From: Macrostomum lignano
Taxonomy: Eukaryota
Length of the DNA stretch: 64,000 nt
Direction of reading: 5' to 3'
Assembly (NCBI GenBank): GCA_002269645.1
Contig: NIVC01002112.1
Location: 1 to 64,000, forward strand
Translations under genes and position numbers: made by a program
The notes under the pieces: model-generated
Database searches by the model: none
Told to the model about the DNA's origin: nothing
What the model saw: only the letters and a program-made list of their open reading frames with translations
Shown here: positions 22,854-52,662 of the stretch, piece after piece
Numbering within the stretch: position 1 is the first letter of the stretch
How the letters are laid out: each line of letters begins with the position of its first letter

Positions 22854-25771
22854 CTCAAAAACTTAAACTACGTGTAACGCATCACGTACACGCGCGTATT
22901 CCTGGCAACTGAATCGTGTCAAACTGCACTAGTGTATGCAAATTTAACCATCATGAGAAGAGTTGCCAATACCCTGTCAGTCGTAAAAGATTCGATAAAA
23001 TTACAAACGGCCTGTAACCTATAACCTATATAGTCCGAAAACAATTAGAGTGTAGCCTGTCGCTGAGATCGTTTCAATATTTTATATTAGACCTTAAATA
23101 AACCTGGCGGGAAATTAAATATAAACAGTTTAACAAAAACGTACAGACTGTACCAACCAGTCAAATTTAAACGTTTTCCTGCGTATGTTTGTCTTCGTTT
23201 AAAAAAAAACTAGTAAATTGTAAAATATTTTTAAAGAAAGAAAGGCTTCTCTCACTAAATTGGTTATGTTCAACTTCTATCCATCTGACGATTTTTTAAC
23301 AATGCTGCTCTTTGTCTTTTGGCTTTTCATATTACCGATTTCAGAACCAGAATCGGTTCGAAGCTTCATATTGTCTGTTCCGTTTTCAGAATCGGTTCCA
23401 GAACCATGTTCTGGATCTGGAATTTGGATCGAGAAATTTTCTTGATCCGTTGTCATGTTTACTGAAGTACACTTTAACAGTGAAATCTATTTGAAATCGT
23501 CAAATTTTATTATTGGTATATTCTATATAATTATTCCGTTTTTGTAATATCCAAGAGGAAACAAAGTCAAGGAAAAACAAAATTAAACTGTAAAGACTGA
23601 CAAACATAAAATGGGTTCGAAGCTTTTCATTTTCCTACCGATTCTGGTTCTGGAATCAGAATTATTTTGGTTCTAGAACCGATCTTCGTGAAAAGCCTAT
23701 TTTTGGAGACTTTGTGCTTTACTAGGCCTATTTTACTTCCCTTTCTAATTAATTTTGCATGTATCTAATTAGTGTATTATTAAATTTAATTCTACAGCTA
23801 CAAACTAAATTATATTATTTTCTTAAAGTCTTAGGCTATTTAATAAAATTTAGTAGCATTCCATATGATTTAAACAAAAATGCTGCATTTTTCTACTAGC
23901 CAAAAAATTTAAACCACTTCCTGTGTATCAAAAGCCTATATAATGATTCAATATTGTTAATTCTTAAATCAATTTAAAAACATGTACTTGAAAGTTGAAA
24001 TAAAATGCTTCAACTCTATATTTTTAAATTTTATCATGTAACTATTAGTTAATGCCTATTTATTATGATTAATTGTTATTTGAAAACAACATTATGTATA
24101 AATAAGATTTTTTCTTTTTTTGTAAAGATTTCACTATATAATTTGAATACCTTCTTAAAGGCCATTATTTATTTCTTGATTTAAAATTGATTTTTCCTAT
24201 TTCGTATCATTTTCACTTAGCCTAGGCCTATCTCTTATTTAAATATAGTCTATAGGCATTTATAAATTATAATACATAAATTGTTTATTTTAATCAACCA
24301 TTTTGAGGCCTTAAAGCATATAAATATATATAGCATTATGGCAATCTTTTATCTTTACTTGTTAAAATGTACTTTATTTTGAAAGTTTGCTATTTCATTT
24401 AGTTTAATGATGAATACTATATTGGATTCAGTAGCAGAAAATCTAGGGTTCTTAAATATGGGGGGCAGATTAGCCAAAATGTTCAGGTTGGGCTAGAAGA
24501 AGTCGAAAATTAAAATACCCTCCTTACATACAAGTCTAGTCTAGCCATAGCAAAAAAGGAGGGCAGCCACCCCCATTCTCTCTTCCTAGATTTATTACTA
24601 AATAGGTTCAATAGATAGATTGATAAGTTTCAAAAACTTTATAGGAAGCTATATTGTAATATCAAGGTCATAAACAAGGTCAAGCAAGTTATCAACTAGT
24701 ATAATAGATAGAGCTATAGATGAAGCTGGACTAAGATAATTGACTTATTTGATTGCTTTAGTTATATGAGCTAAGTCTAGTGTATCTATCTTGCATAGGC
24801 TAAGTCTACCTATTAGACAATTTATCAGAGATTTTATGCAAAAAACAAATCTTTCAAGCCATGTCATTCTATACCTATTATAATTGCAACTTTTCCAAGA
24901 AAAAATAAACCTTTAGTAAAGTAAAAGATTACCAAATATACATAAAGCTATTCATTTTGTATTTTTGAAAAATCTATTCAACAAAAGTAATGAACTTTTA
25001 TAGAAAGTTTTTTTAAACTTACATGAATATAGTAAAAAAGTTACAAATTTGTTTAAATGCACATTAACAGAAATTGGGATTAGGAAAAAGTGGCTAGTTT
25101 AAAAAATAAGTAATAAAGATACCCTATAATTATCCAAAATAATAAAAAATATAAAATAAGACAATTTTGTCTAAGTATTTTTATTTAAATAAATTGAAAT
25201 AATTTTTACTAGGTAATTTTATCAAAAGACAAGAAAAATTTCAGGATTTCTTGTTGTGTCTTATTTGTCTTGGACAATGAAGATTTGGGTCAAATTTATC
25301 ATTAGCACATTTGTCATATGATTTTGTCATATTAACTATCATCCATTTATACCATTTTTCTTAATTTCATATGGCTATAATGTATTGAGTTTGAGAAACA
25401 AACTGATATAAATTTTAACACATAGCTAATAGAAAACTAACCATATCAATAGTTGAATGAAGTAAAAGTTTAAATATAACTATAACAAACACATATTGAC
25501 AAGTGCTTTGACTAAGAAAACTAAGACAAATAGCATACTAAATCAAAAGCATATTGATTTTTCTCGACTATCAATTAGTGTTGCTTTTCTGTTCAAAAAA
25601 GGTTTTTAGTGTCATCAACAACTTATATGCTTGACAGTAGTATGGTTAGCATTGTTTGCACAATCTTGCAAAATCCTAAAATACATAGAAACCCTGATTT
25701 TATTTTCGTGTGGTGCACTAACAAAGATGCCAGGGAACTATAAAACAGTCAGCTGCAGAACGGAGGGGCAT

Positions 25772-26162
25772 CTCCTCTGTAATTGAGATTGGAACTGGGA
25801 GGGACATCTCCCCTGTCATTGAGATTGGAACTGGGAGGGACATCTCTCCTGTCATTGAGATTGGAACTGAGAGGAACATCTCCCCTGTCATTGAGATTGG
25901 AACTGGGAGGGACATCTCCCCTGTCATTGAGATTGGAACTGGGAGGGACATCTCCCCTGTCATTGAGATTGGAACTGGGAGGGACATCTCTCCTGTCATT
26001 GAGATTGGAACTGAGAGGAACATCTCCCCTGTCATTGAGATTGGAACTGGGAGGGACATCTCCCCTGTCATTGAGATTGGAACTGGAAGGGACATCTCCC
26101 CTGTCATTGAGATTGGAACTGGGAGGGACATCTCCCCTGTCATTGAGATTGGAACTGGGAGG
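25772..26162. repeat. 36-bp tandem repeat immediately upstream of the LRRCC1 LRR exon
   Basis: Unit GTCATTGAGATTGGAACTGGGAGGGACATCTCCCCT, about 11 copies. Confidence 0.95.
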
Positions 26163-26179
26163 GCAATATATGAACTGAG

Positions 26180-43361
<17,182 letters not shown>

Positions 43362-44440
43362 CACTTTCGAATGAGTGCTGCCTTTTTGCTGGTCCGCGAA
43401 AATCGCGCAAAATACTGACAGAATTTAGAAAAGTCCATGGCCGGGGAATCGAACTCGGGACCTTACAGTACGTTTGTTAGCGTACAGATGGCTGTGCTCA
43501 TTTTAAATAAAAGCATTGTAATTTGTTTTTTAAATGTATTTTTAGACTCAAATTTTTTATATTTCACCGTGTGTCAGGGTTTGTTAAACAGCATGTAGCA
43601 GTTTTTGTTAATTGATGTTTAAAATACATTGATAGCATGTTTTATCTGCGGGCAGCAGGCTTGCCTGAAGTAATTAACATAGATGTAAACAATAAATATT
43701 AATTTACTTATTGAGTCGCTTTGTCTTGTACGCTCGTATGTAAAAATATTGATTGAAATAAAAAAACTTGCCATATTAGGCAAGTGACGTCATAGGAGGG
43801 CACGCGGCTATACCTGCGATTTTTGGAAGCTACGCCGATTGAAGCTGATAAGAGCTGACACTGCATAGGCAGACTTCCCCTAGCAACCGGCTAAGTGCCT
43901 CGGCAAAGCTGAAACCCTAAATTAAATGCTCGTTTAGCTTTAATAGAGATTCGCTTTGTACAAAACTTTCTAGGCTCTGACTGCAGTCGAATGCAAAATA
44001 CGAAATTACACAGCTTAGCTTTGCTAATACCCTAATTGCCACTAATTAGCCTGCTGCTGTACAACTCAAAAGCAACAATTACTACTTAACAATGGCTTTT
44101 TCCTGTCTAAAGAGACCGGCGATTTTCCAAGACAACAAAACTAATTGCTGCTTTGTCTGAACCTGCGCCACTCCCTCTATGAACTCATTTTCCTGTTGCC
44201 TGCCGGGGAGGGGGTGTTTCATCGATGCTACCTGGTACAAGTTACTGGTAAATAGTGGGAAGCGAAAAGTAAAAAAAAGTTTCATATAGTGCTACGGAGT
44301 TTCGTTTCATAGACTAATTTGTAAATCTAACGACAAAAGTTACAAGCTCTGAGTCACGGATTCTATATTACTAAGATGTGTCACTCCAACATCCGCTACT
44401 GTATTTAGCGGCCGTCTCCGAGATCCCGAAATCCCCGGGG

Positions 44441-45025
44441 TTAGGGCCACAGACACCAGCTGCTGCTGCTAATGCTTGAGAGCAGCAGAAGCTATAGTCT
44501 ATGGTCTGAACCCCAGGGTTAGGGCCACAGACACCAGCTGCTGCTGCTAATGTTTGAGAGCAGCAGAAGCTATAGTCTATGGTCTGAACCCCGATATTAG
44601 GACCACAGACACCAGCTGCTGCTGCTAATGCTTGAGAGCAGCAGAAGCTATAGTCTATGGTCTGAACCCCGATATTAGGACCACAGACACCAGCTGCTGC
44701 TGCTAATGCTTGAGACCAGCAGAAGCTATAGTCTATGGTCTGAACCCCGATATTAGGACCACAGACACCAGCTGCTGCTGCTAATGCTTGAGAGCAGCAG
44801 AAGCTATAGGGCCGTATGCAGAAAGCTTAGTCCAGACTAGCTAGTCCGGACTTGGGTAGTTCATTCTATAGTCTATGGTCTAGCTACCTTAGTTCTGTCT
44901 ATAGTAGACCGGTCTAACTTTGTGTTTCTGCATACCAAATCCAAGTCCAGACTAGCTTTTCAAGACCGGACTACCCTAGACAGAGCTTTCTGCATACGGC
45001 CCATAGTCTATGGTCTTAACCCGGG
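44441..45025. repeat. 78-bp tandem repeat, 5 copies, last interrupted by a MITE
   Basis: Units start at 44441, 44519, 44597, 44675, 44753. Confidence 0.92.
44809..45002. mobile_element. 194-bp MITE, PIF/Harbinger (Tourist)-like
   Basis: Perfect 19-bp TIRs GGGCCGTATGCAGAAAGCT / AGCTTTCTGCATACGGCCC; 3-bp ATA duplication; the empty site GCTATAGTC is visible in the four neighbouring repeat units. Confidence 0.85.
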
Positions 45026-45589
45026 TGTTTTTGCGCTGCAGCCAGGCGGCTGGAGTGGCCCATCTAGGGGTGTATACGAAGTAGAATCTGTGCTCTGTGT
45101 AGTGACTTAGAATGTCTATGGCCAAACAATGGGTGTCTCGGCTGGCGCAGTCGCAGACAATTTTATCAGGATCCGGAGTGTCATGACCAACGGTTTAATA
45201 CCATTTAGAATTGAGAAATTACGAAGGCAAAATCAATTTTATCCGAAATTTCCAAAGCATGTCGTCTTTTTTATTTAAATCGTTGCTTTTCAATTGCGGC
45301 AAATTACAAAAGAAGCAAAGTTGCGCGACTGGAAAAATTTAAAGATGATGAACAAAATGGAGTTAAGAAGCGATACGTCTGCCATTGCTTTTTTATTGCC
45401 GGTACCGTCTGCGATTTTAATTGGTTTGGGATCTGTTTGAGTCTAGAAATTTTATTTGCTATGACAGCTGTTTTGTGTTCCTCCGCTTCAGACATTTGAG
45501 AATCCATGCTCCGATGCTCGTGACCGTTTTTAGCTGCGTGTGCTTATTACACTGCATCTGGTGTTCATAACCGTCTACTTCATGTATTC

Positions 45590-45925
45590 TCCCCTGTCCA
45601 AGGTGTTTATAGCCGTCTGTCCCGGGTGTTTATAGCCCTCTGTCCCAGGTGTTTATGACCTTACGCTCGTACGAATTTTGTGTTTATGGCCCTCTGTTCA
45701 GAGTGTTTATGGCCCTCTTTACCGGGTGTTTATGGCCGTCTGTCCCGGGTGTTTATAGCCGTCTGTCACTGGTGTTTATGGCCCTTTGTCCCAGGTGTTT
45801 ATGACCGTCTGTCCCGGGTGTTTATGGCCGTCTGTCCCGGGTGTTTATGGCCGTCTGTCCCGGGTGTTTATAGCCGTCTGTCACTGGTGTTTATGACCCT
45901 CTGCCCGGGTGTTTATGGCCCTCTT
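45590..45925. repeat. 23-bp tandem repeat (TGTTTATGGCCGTCTGTCCCGGG)
   Basis: Degenerate array just downstream of the TTLL10 stop. Confidence 0.88.
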
Positions 45926-46036
45926 TCCTAGATGTTTTTGGCCTTCTGTCCCACGTATTTCGTGACTCCTCTCTGTCCCAAAATCGCAGCAAATTCCGAC
46001 AAACACTGTAATTCCTTCGCCCGCATGCACCTGAGC

Positions 46037-49000
46037 TCAGGGAAAACAGCTGCTAATCAATTTCCCCAGTACGGCAGGATTCTGCGAGCTGAACACCTGG
46101 CAAAAATTTCTAGCCGTTGTCGGCGCCGCCACCGGCAGACCGTCGCGGTAGCGCAGCGAGGCTTCGGTTGCTATGGCAACGGCCTCGCGCCACATCGAGC
46201 CGAGGCTAGTAGACAGAGCCATCGTATTCTTGGCGTAGCAGGGGAAGCAGTTGAATTCTAGCAGGCTCACTCGCAGATCCTCGTCAACAATGAGGTCGGG
46301 CCCGTAGATTCGAAACACGCAGCCGGGCCTGCGGCTGGCCAGGTAGGGCCGGCAGGACCAGGCCAGGTAGCCTGCGATGGCCGCCACCTTGAGGGGAATC
46401 CGGCTATTTCATTAGCATTTTATTTGTATAATATTTTGAAATTAGGCTGCTTTAAATAAATATTTTGGTTGGATGTTTCTAGGAATTTTCGGCTTACAAT
46501 TGCACAATGGCCTGTCCATCCATGCGCCCCGATCTCTTATCTTCTTTCTCTCTCCGCTGTCCCTTTCCTCTCTCTCTCTCTCCGTTCTCACTCTCCAATC
46601 TCTCCTCTTTTCTCTCTCCTTTCTCCTTTCTACTCTCTACTCGCTACTCTCTCCTTTCTAATCTCTCCTTTCTCCTCTCTCCTCTCTACTTTTCTACTCT
46701 CTTCTCTCTCCTCTCTCCACTCTCCTCTCTACTCCCTACTCTCTACTTTCTCCTATCTCCTCTCAGCATTCCAATTCGGCTTGCAACAATGCTGACCGAC
46801 CTGTCTGTAAAGCTTCTGCCGGCACCAGCCTTCGGGCACAGCCGGCCCGTTGCCATTCCGTCGCCGTCGCTCCAAGTAGGCGTCGAGCTCGTCCGGCAGC
46901 CAGGTTGTCGCCTCCTTGACGCACTCGTACTGCCGGCCGCCGCGCCGCTGCACCCACTGGTTGGTGAAGTGAACGCGAGGGTCGCGGCTGTCGCCAGCGT
47001 AGGCCCGGCTGCTGACCTTCACGTAGCCGGGATGGCAGAAGGCGAAGTAGCCGCGGTCGCCTGGCCGGCCGGGACAGGAGCAGCTCAGCACCAGCAGGTA
47101 GACTCGCAGATCGAATTTTCTCTTATCAACTAGCAGAGGACGCTCGATGTACTTTTGCAGTACGTAGCGTTGAAGGCGAGCTTTTTGACCGATGCAGCGC
47201 TGGAGAAGATCGATGCTGTTGGGCTGCTGGGCCCGGTACATGTGGATGCCGATGCCCTGCGATGAACTGCGGGTTTGGCCCCGCTTGCCAGAGCTTGGCT
47301 TACATTTCAGTGACTGACAGAATCTCATCTCATCTCATCTCCCCCATCTCACCTCATCTCATCTCACCTCACTTCATCTCATCTCCCATCTCATCCACCT
47401 CACTGCACCTCATCTCATTTCATCTCCCTCATTTCACCTTATCTCATCTCACCTCATCTCCCTCCCCACACCTCTCCTCACATCACCTAACCTAACCTAA
47501 CCTAACCTCAGCTCAGCTCATCCCATCTCATCTCATCTCATCTCACCTCACCTCACCTCACTTTGTCACCTCGGCTCATCCCGTCCCATCTCACCTCGCA
47601 GATTTGTCACCTTCAAGCATGTCATTCTCATTGGATTTAACAAATTATATACTCATAACTCAGATTCTACGAGTATTTTTAGCATTTACTCATATTCCGA
47701 TTTGAATTTAAAACTTCTATCTACTAGCTGCTATATCTACTAGTACTATCTACTAGTTACTATCTACTAGCTACTTACTAGTTACCCTCGTATATACTCA
47801 CAATCAGCAAGATTGACAGATGTGTTTGATGTTAGAATTTCTAAGAGATGTTGCTGTCATCAAAGCTAAATGGATAGACTGTTGGCAGATAAAAATGTTA
47901 TATAATTACTCCCAACAAAGAGTTAGCATCAAAAGAGAGTATAGCAGCAGGTAAGCAAAGCAACTAATTAAACAAGTCAGCTCTTACTTGGTCCTTTTGA
48001 GTACGTAGACTCCTGGGTTTGCGTCTGAAATAAATCAAAACCTCAGTATTAGCATTGAGACTTCTCAAACAAAGTACGAGCTAACACAGAAGTCGGCGAT
48101 TCCAGTCATGCGCTCATACACACGCTCACACAAGGTGTACAGCGTACACTCTCTGTGCCTTGGGGCTGGCCCTTGTGGGTCAAACGTATTCCGCCAAAGT
48201 GCATGCTATTTAAATTACTTCATTGATGTATAAACAAACTATAAACGCAGTCCTAGATAGGATTTAACTCCTGATCGCTTATTGGCTGCCACAAACTTTC
48301 TCGTGGGGACGAGAATGTGCATCTACGCAGCAAATGTACACAACCCTCTCTCTCAGGACGTCAAACCCCAGGCCCCAACCCCATCCCCCTTCCTCCGCGC
48401 TCACCAAGATGCCTTATCCATCTAATGTACGCCGCAAATGTACACAACCCTCTCTCCCTCTCTCTCAGCACGTCAAACCCCCAACCCCAATCCCCCTTCC
48501 TCCGCGCTCACCAAGATGCCTTATTCATCTACGAACGCCGTAAATGTACACCACTCTTATCTCATCCTGCCAAACCCCAACCCCCGACCCTCTTTCTTCG
48601 CGCTCACCAAGATGCCTTATCAGCTGCTGCCTACCCCCAGGCCGGGATTGGCTGTGTACATCGTGAACCGGCGATAATTGAATTCGGCCCCAGAGGCGTC
48701 AAAGAATTTCAGGCCGGATTGGCCGGCCTTTCGGCTGAGAATTCTGGCCATGTTCCATTTGTCCGAGGCGAACAGGCTGGGCTGGTGGTACGGCTCGAAT
48801 ATTAAACAGTTGCCTGTGGGTAAGCGTTTGTACTTACATTTATTATTGATTATACTGACAACGGGTCATTTCTTGGCAAACCCTTTGAGATAGCTCCCCA
48901 ATTTCTTAGATCTTTCGCTTCCCGGGTCCTTTAATGGGCGGCTCGCTGATCTGTTCAAAACCACTGCTTAACTTAACTCATCATGGCAATTGATATCTCA

Positions 49001-50131
49001 CTCAATCAGCTTTTTTACCAAGACAGTTCCAGTCGAGTTTCTGCGGCTTCAGAAACACCAGACTTAATGTGGTCTCAGGCAGTGAGGAAATTTTGCTAGC
49101 CAAACTTGCCGCTGCCGCCTCTGCCGCCGCCTCAGTTGCAGCGGCCTCAGTTGCAGCGGCCTCAGTCTCAGTTGCAGCGGCCTCAGTTTTCTCTAAATCC
49201 CCATTGTCTAACTGAAGCTGCAGATTCTCGCGCAGGGAACTGTAGTCAAGGACTCGGTAGCCAAGGTGGCTGACTGTTTCCATTATTCTGGAAAGACAAT
49301 TTGACGTTGGAGAATCCTGCTGCTCACTGAAGGATAGGAGAGGGTAGCAGTGCTCACTAAAGAATCGGAAAAGGTAGCAGTGCTCACTAAAGACTTTGGT
49401 GAGGGTAGCAGTGCTCACTAAAGAATTTGGGAGGGTAGCAGTGCTCACTAAAGAATTGGTGAGGGTAGCAGTGCTCACTAAAGAATTTGGGAGGGTAGCA
49501 GTGCTCACTAAAGAATTGGTGAGGGTAGCAGTGCTCACTAAAGAATTGGTGAGGGTAGCAGTGCTCACTAAAGAATTGGTGAGGGTAGCAGTGCTCACTA
49601 AAGAATTTGGGAGGGTAGCAGTGCTCACTAAAGAATTGGTGAGGGTAGCAGTGCTCACTAAAGAATTTGGGAGGGTAGCAGTGCTCACTAAAGAATTTGG
49701 GAGGGTAGCAGTGCTCACTAAAGAATCTGGGAGGGTAGCAGTGCTCACTAAAGAATCTGGGAGGGTAGCAGTGCTCACTTAAGGATCGGGATAGAGCAGG
49801 ACAGAGCCAATAAGTCTCATGAGCATCTAAAAAGTCTCAGCTCACGCGTTTCTGTTAGCTCTGAAGGCATAGTTCCTAGGCCGGCCGGCAACAAAGAGGC
49901 CCAGTCTGCCAGAGAACTGATTGAGCAGCCTTGAGCAGCAAGCCTCCGCCAGGTAAGGAGACGTCAGCACCTTCCTTCCATCGGCTTCTTCCATCGCTTT
50001 GTCTCCGGCAGTCGTCAGTTTCGACTGAGGCAGCGGCGGCGGCGGCGTCGGCAGAATGGCGTCGGAATTGGCCGGCCTCATGACTAATCCGCCGCTGTCT
50101 TCTTCGTGTGGGCCCGTCATCACCGGCTCTA
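46037..50131 (-). CDS. TTLL10: Tubulin-tyrosine-ligase-like protein, TTLL10 (tubulin glycylase) type; N-terminal exons uncertain (candidate ATG exon 51525-51719)
   Basis: Exons (minus) 50131-49846, 49326-49019, 48813-~48608, 48024-47988, 47266-46801, 46387-46037. Motifs VYVLKRTNSSQGIGI, VLQKYIERPLLVDKRKFDLRVY, HPGYVK, HFTNQWVQRR, YGPDLIVDEDLRVSLLEFN parallel TTLL10 WICKPTASNQGKGI, VQRYIQNPLLVDGRKFDVRSY, HLTNQFMQKK, IGCDFLIDDNFKVWLLEMN. Confidence 0.75.
48320..48620 (-). repeat. About 100-bp tandem repeat, 3 copies, each carrying ATAAGGCATCTTG|GTGAGC (minus strand)
   Basis: GCGCTCACCAAGATGCCTTAT occurs near 48398, 48503 and 48599. Confidence 0.8.
49340..49780 (-). repeat. 30-bp tandem repeat resembling the TTLL10 acceptor
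   Basis: Minus-strand unit CACCAATTCTTTAG|TGAGCACTGCTACCCT, about 15 copies; true acceptor CCTATCCTTCAG|TGAGCAG at 49327/49326. Confidence 0.9.
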
Positions 50132-50215
50132 CTTGGTAATGTCTCTTGTGGATCGAAATAGTCTCATCTTAGCAGACTTGATATGCCTATATTAGAGGTT
50201 TTCTTTTATAGTCTT

Positions 50216-50305
50216 GTCTATGGGTCATTGTAATTATACTTTTACCCAGACGCAATGAAAAAATATTTTGGCCATTATTCCACAGTTTTGATGTGTACCA
50301 TAGAC
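50216..50305. mobile_element. Short GTCTATGG...CCATAGAC-bounded element (MITE-like)
   Basis: 8-bp inverted termini; internal TTGTAATTATACTT..ACCCAGACGCAAT..GGCCATTATTCCACA shared with 51063-51295. Confidence 0.55.
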
Positions 50306-51062
50306 ATTTGGATTGAAAAAATCCATTGCTCAGTATTTCTGTTAATAAATACAGAAAAACAAGAAGTAAATGAACAAAAAGGAAAAATCATTAAAACTAA
50401 AGTACCAGCTACACGAAAAGAGTTAATAATAAATGTCACAGCTAGTGCAGTTTATCAGTTTGTAGTCGAAATTTGACAATGTAAAAATCATTTTGTCACC
50501 CAAAGTGAAACATGCACAGTTCTCAAAGCCGCAGTTTCCAACGATGCTCGACACTTTAGCCTGATGATTTGGCACTGCAAAAGGAGTTGGTCTATGTTGA
50601 ATGTTTTCTATGAAAGAGAAATACAGGTGCTCAAGTATAGTTGCCGAACTTACCATTTGAAAGATGCACGTCTTGGTTAAGTTGGCATGCGACTGATGAG
50701 CTTCGTCTGATGAGCTTCTTTGGTACCGCAGTATCCAAGCTGGGATTCTTTGGGACTGTCGGCTGCTCGACTGAATCGATTGGCCGCTTTCAGGCATCGT
50801 TTATAGCCGTCGAGGCGTTGAAGACTGCATGGTCGCGTTTTCTTCCTAGGTAGCGCCGCACGGTTCGTTCAGTCGTCGACAGGAAGATTTTTTCAATTAA
50901 TAAGCGCGGCTGTTTGACGAGATGCACTACAGCCATAGTTGTTTGACAAGACAAATAGCTTTTTCTCCCACTACTCGCTTTCCTGATTTCTTGCAAGACG
51001 CAAGCAAAATCAGCACTCATCACAGTGTTGTCTATGGTCAAACTAAGCCACACAACTCAGTC

Positions 51063-51295
51063 GTCTATGGGTAAAATAACTCTCAAAACAGCCAATTGAA
51101 GCATGATAAAAAGTGTGGAATAATGACAGCGACAAAAGTGTGGAATAATGGCCGCAAAAGTGTGGAATAATGACTGAGCGCTGAGTGAAAGTATAAATAC
51201 TATACAATCTACCATTGTAATTATACTTATACCCAGACGCAATAACAAATTTTTTTGGCCATTATTCCACACTTTTCAGGTTCTAGGCCATAGAC
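51063..51295. mobile_element. Longer GTCTATGG...CCATAGAC-bounded element with subterminal AAAGTGTGGAATAATG repeats
   Basis: Inverted termini; three direct AAAGTGTGGAATAATG copies and one inverted copy; further partial copies near 51908-52030 and 52985-53050. Confidence 0.55.
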
Positions 51296-52223
51296 ATAAG
51301 GATTTGAAACAACGTAGCCGTTATTAAGTGTATTTTAACAGATAAGCCCGTGAACCATTTGACAGTAGAGGCTTGCTTGAAATATTATATACATATTAGT
51401 TGATATTGAACAAATGCAATGTTGAAAACGCCAAATTGCATGAAAAAAAGATAATTATATTAAGCTTAACTTTTGCAACACACTTCATCAGTTTGTATAG
51501 TCAACATTTTACAGCGAGTGTTTACTTATCGCCCCGAAATAAAGCTGCAGTTCTCAAAGCGGCAGTTCCCATCTGCTCATTGAAGCCACTCACTCCCGGC
51601 AGGTCCGGCAGTTCTTCAGTTCCGTGGTCGTTCTCAATCCAATCAATGAAATCCCGCCAGGCCTGGTCATCGTGGTGGTCCGTTGAACTGAGCTCAGACA
51701 GCAGTTGCAACTCGTCCATCTTGACTCCGTTTAGCGAGTCCGCGGGAAGATGTTTGCATTAATAAGCGCATGCAACCATAGTTGCTTTGTAGAGAGAGAG
51801 TTTTAATTTTTGAGAACCGCATGAGATAATCAAAGACAGCTTTGGGGAAATTTTGTCTATGGCCCATCTAAGTATATGGTAGACCTCGTATAGCTCTCGT
51901 GTGTTTCGTCTATGGTAAACTAAATCGCAAAACAGCCAATCGCAAGAGCCAAAGTGTTGAATAATGGCCGCAAAAAGTGTGGAATAATGACATGGTGCTG
52001 GGTAAAAGTATAAATACAATGCACCAATGTACCAATAACTACCGCGGATCTTAATTTTGATGTCGCAGGTTGCTCATTGTACTCTGTTCTGCTTACATCA
52101 TTTGTTTGCTTACACCTGGCTTTTCGACACGCGACGTCAATAGCAATTAGTTCCGACAATTGTTTTACAGTTGCTCCCAATGTGCAGTTTTTTTAGTTAA
52201 AGGCAGGGGGCTGTGTGCACCCT

Positions 52224-52490
52224 GGCGCACTTTAAGCGACATTGTCACACATCCGGCGAGAGGCATTGCTGCCCATTCCACCGACTCCCCGGAGCAGGTA
52301 CACACTCGCACGGGAGTGTACAGCGGCCCTAACTTTATTTATCGTTAGACATGTACACTTCCTTGTGCCTTTGGGGTTGGTGTTAATTACAAGAGCAGAG
52401 CCGATCCGAGATTCCAATTTAGCCCCAAAATTAATGTGACTGCATTTGGAATCGAGCCTGGGCCGCTGCGCGCTAGACCACTGGGCTAAT
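52224..52490 (-). mobile_element. tRNA-derived SINE, family A, copy 2
   Basis: Reverse complement carries TAGCCCAGTGG A box, GGCTCGATTCC B box and the family 3' end. Confidence 0.8.
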
Positions 52491-52662
52491 GTACAGTTAA
52501 CCCCCATGTACAAAGTTCATCGCGTGACTGCTTTTGCATGTCTATTTTTATCCACCTGACCACCCCTCAGCTTTTGCCATGTGTGGAAATGGTAAATTGT
52601 TTCTTACAATGTTCAAATCGGCTCAACAAGTGCATCTTACATGCGGATTTCTCCCTTCCACC

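Noticed and set aside
23000-25700. AT-rich block as a transposon or gene
   Set aside because: No convincing ORF, TIR pair or TSD; only short local duplications near 23335 and 23635
43435-43468. tRNA genes here and at the SINE heads (22780-22853, 52663-52740, 59828-59880)
   Set aside because: Only A/B-box or T-arm fragments; no complete cloverleaf with acceptor stem
46167-46180. Near-perfect X-box GTTGCTATGGCAAC
   Set aside because: Lies inside TTLL10 coding sequence (AVAIAT codons), far from a known start site; likely incidental
50423-51053. Minus-strand ORFs as additional TTLL10 N-terminal exons
   Set aside because: A donor exists near 50652, but I could not build an unambiguous phase-consistent path or see homology
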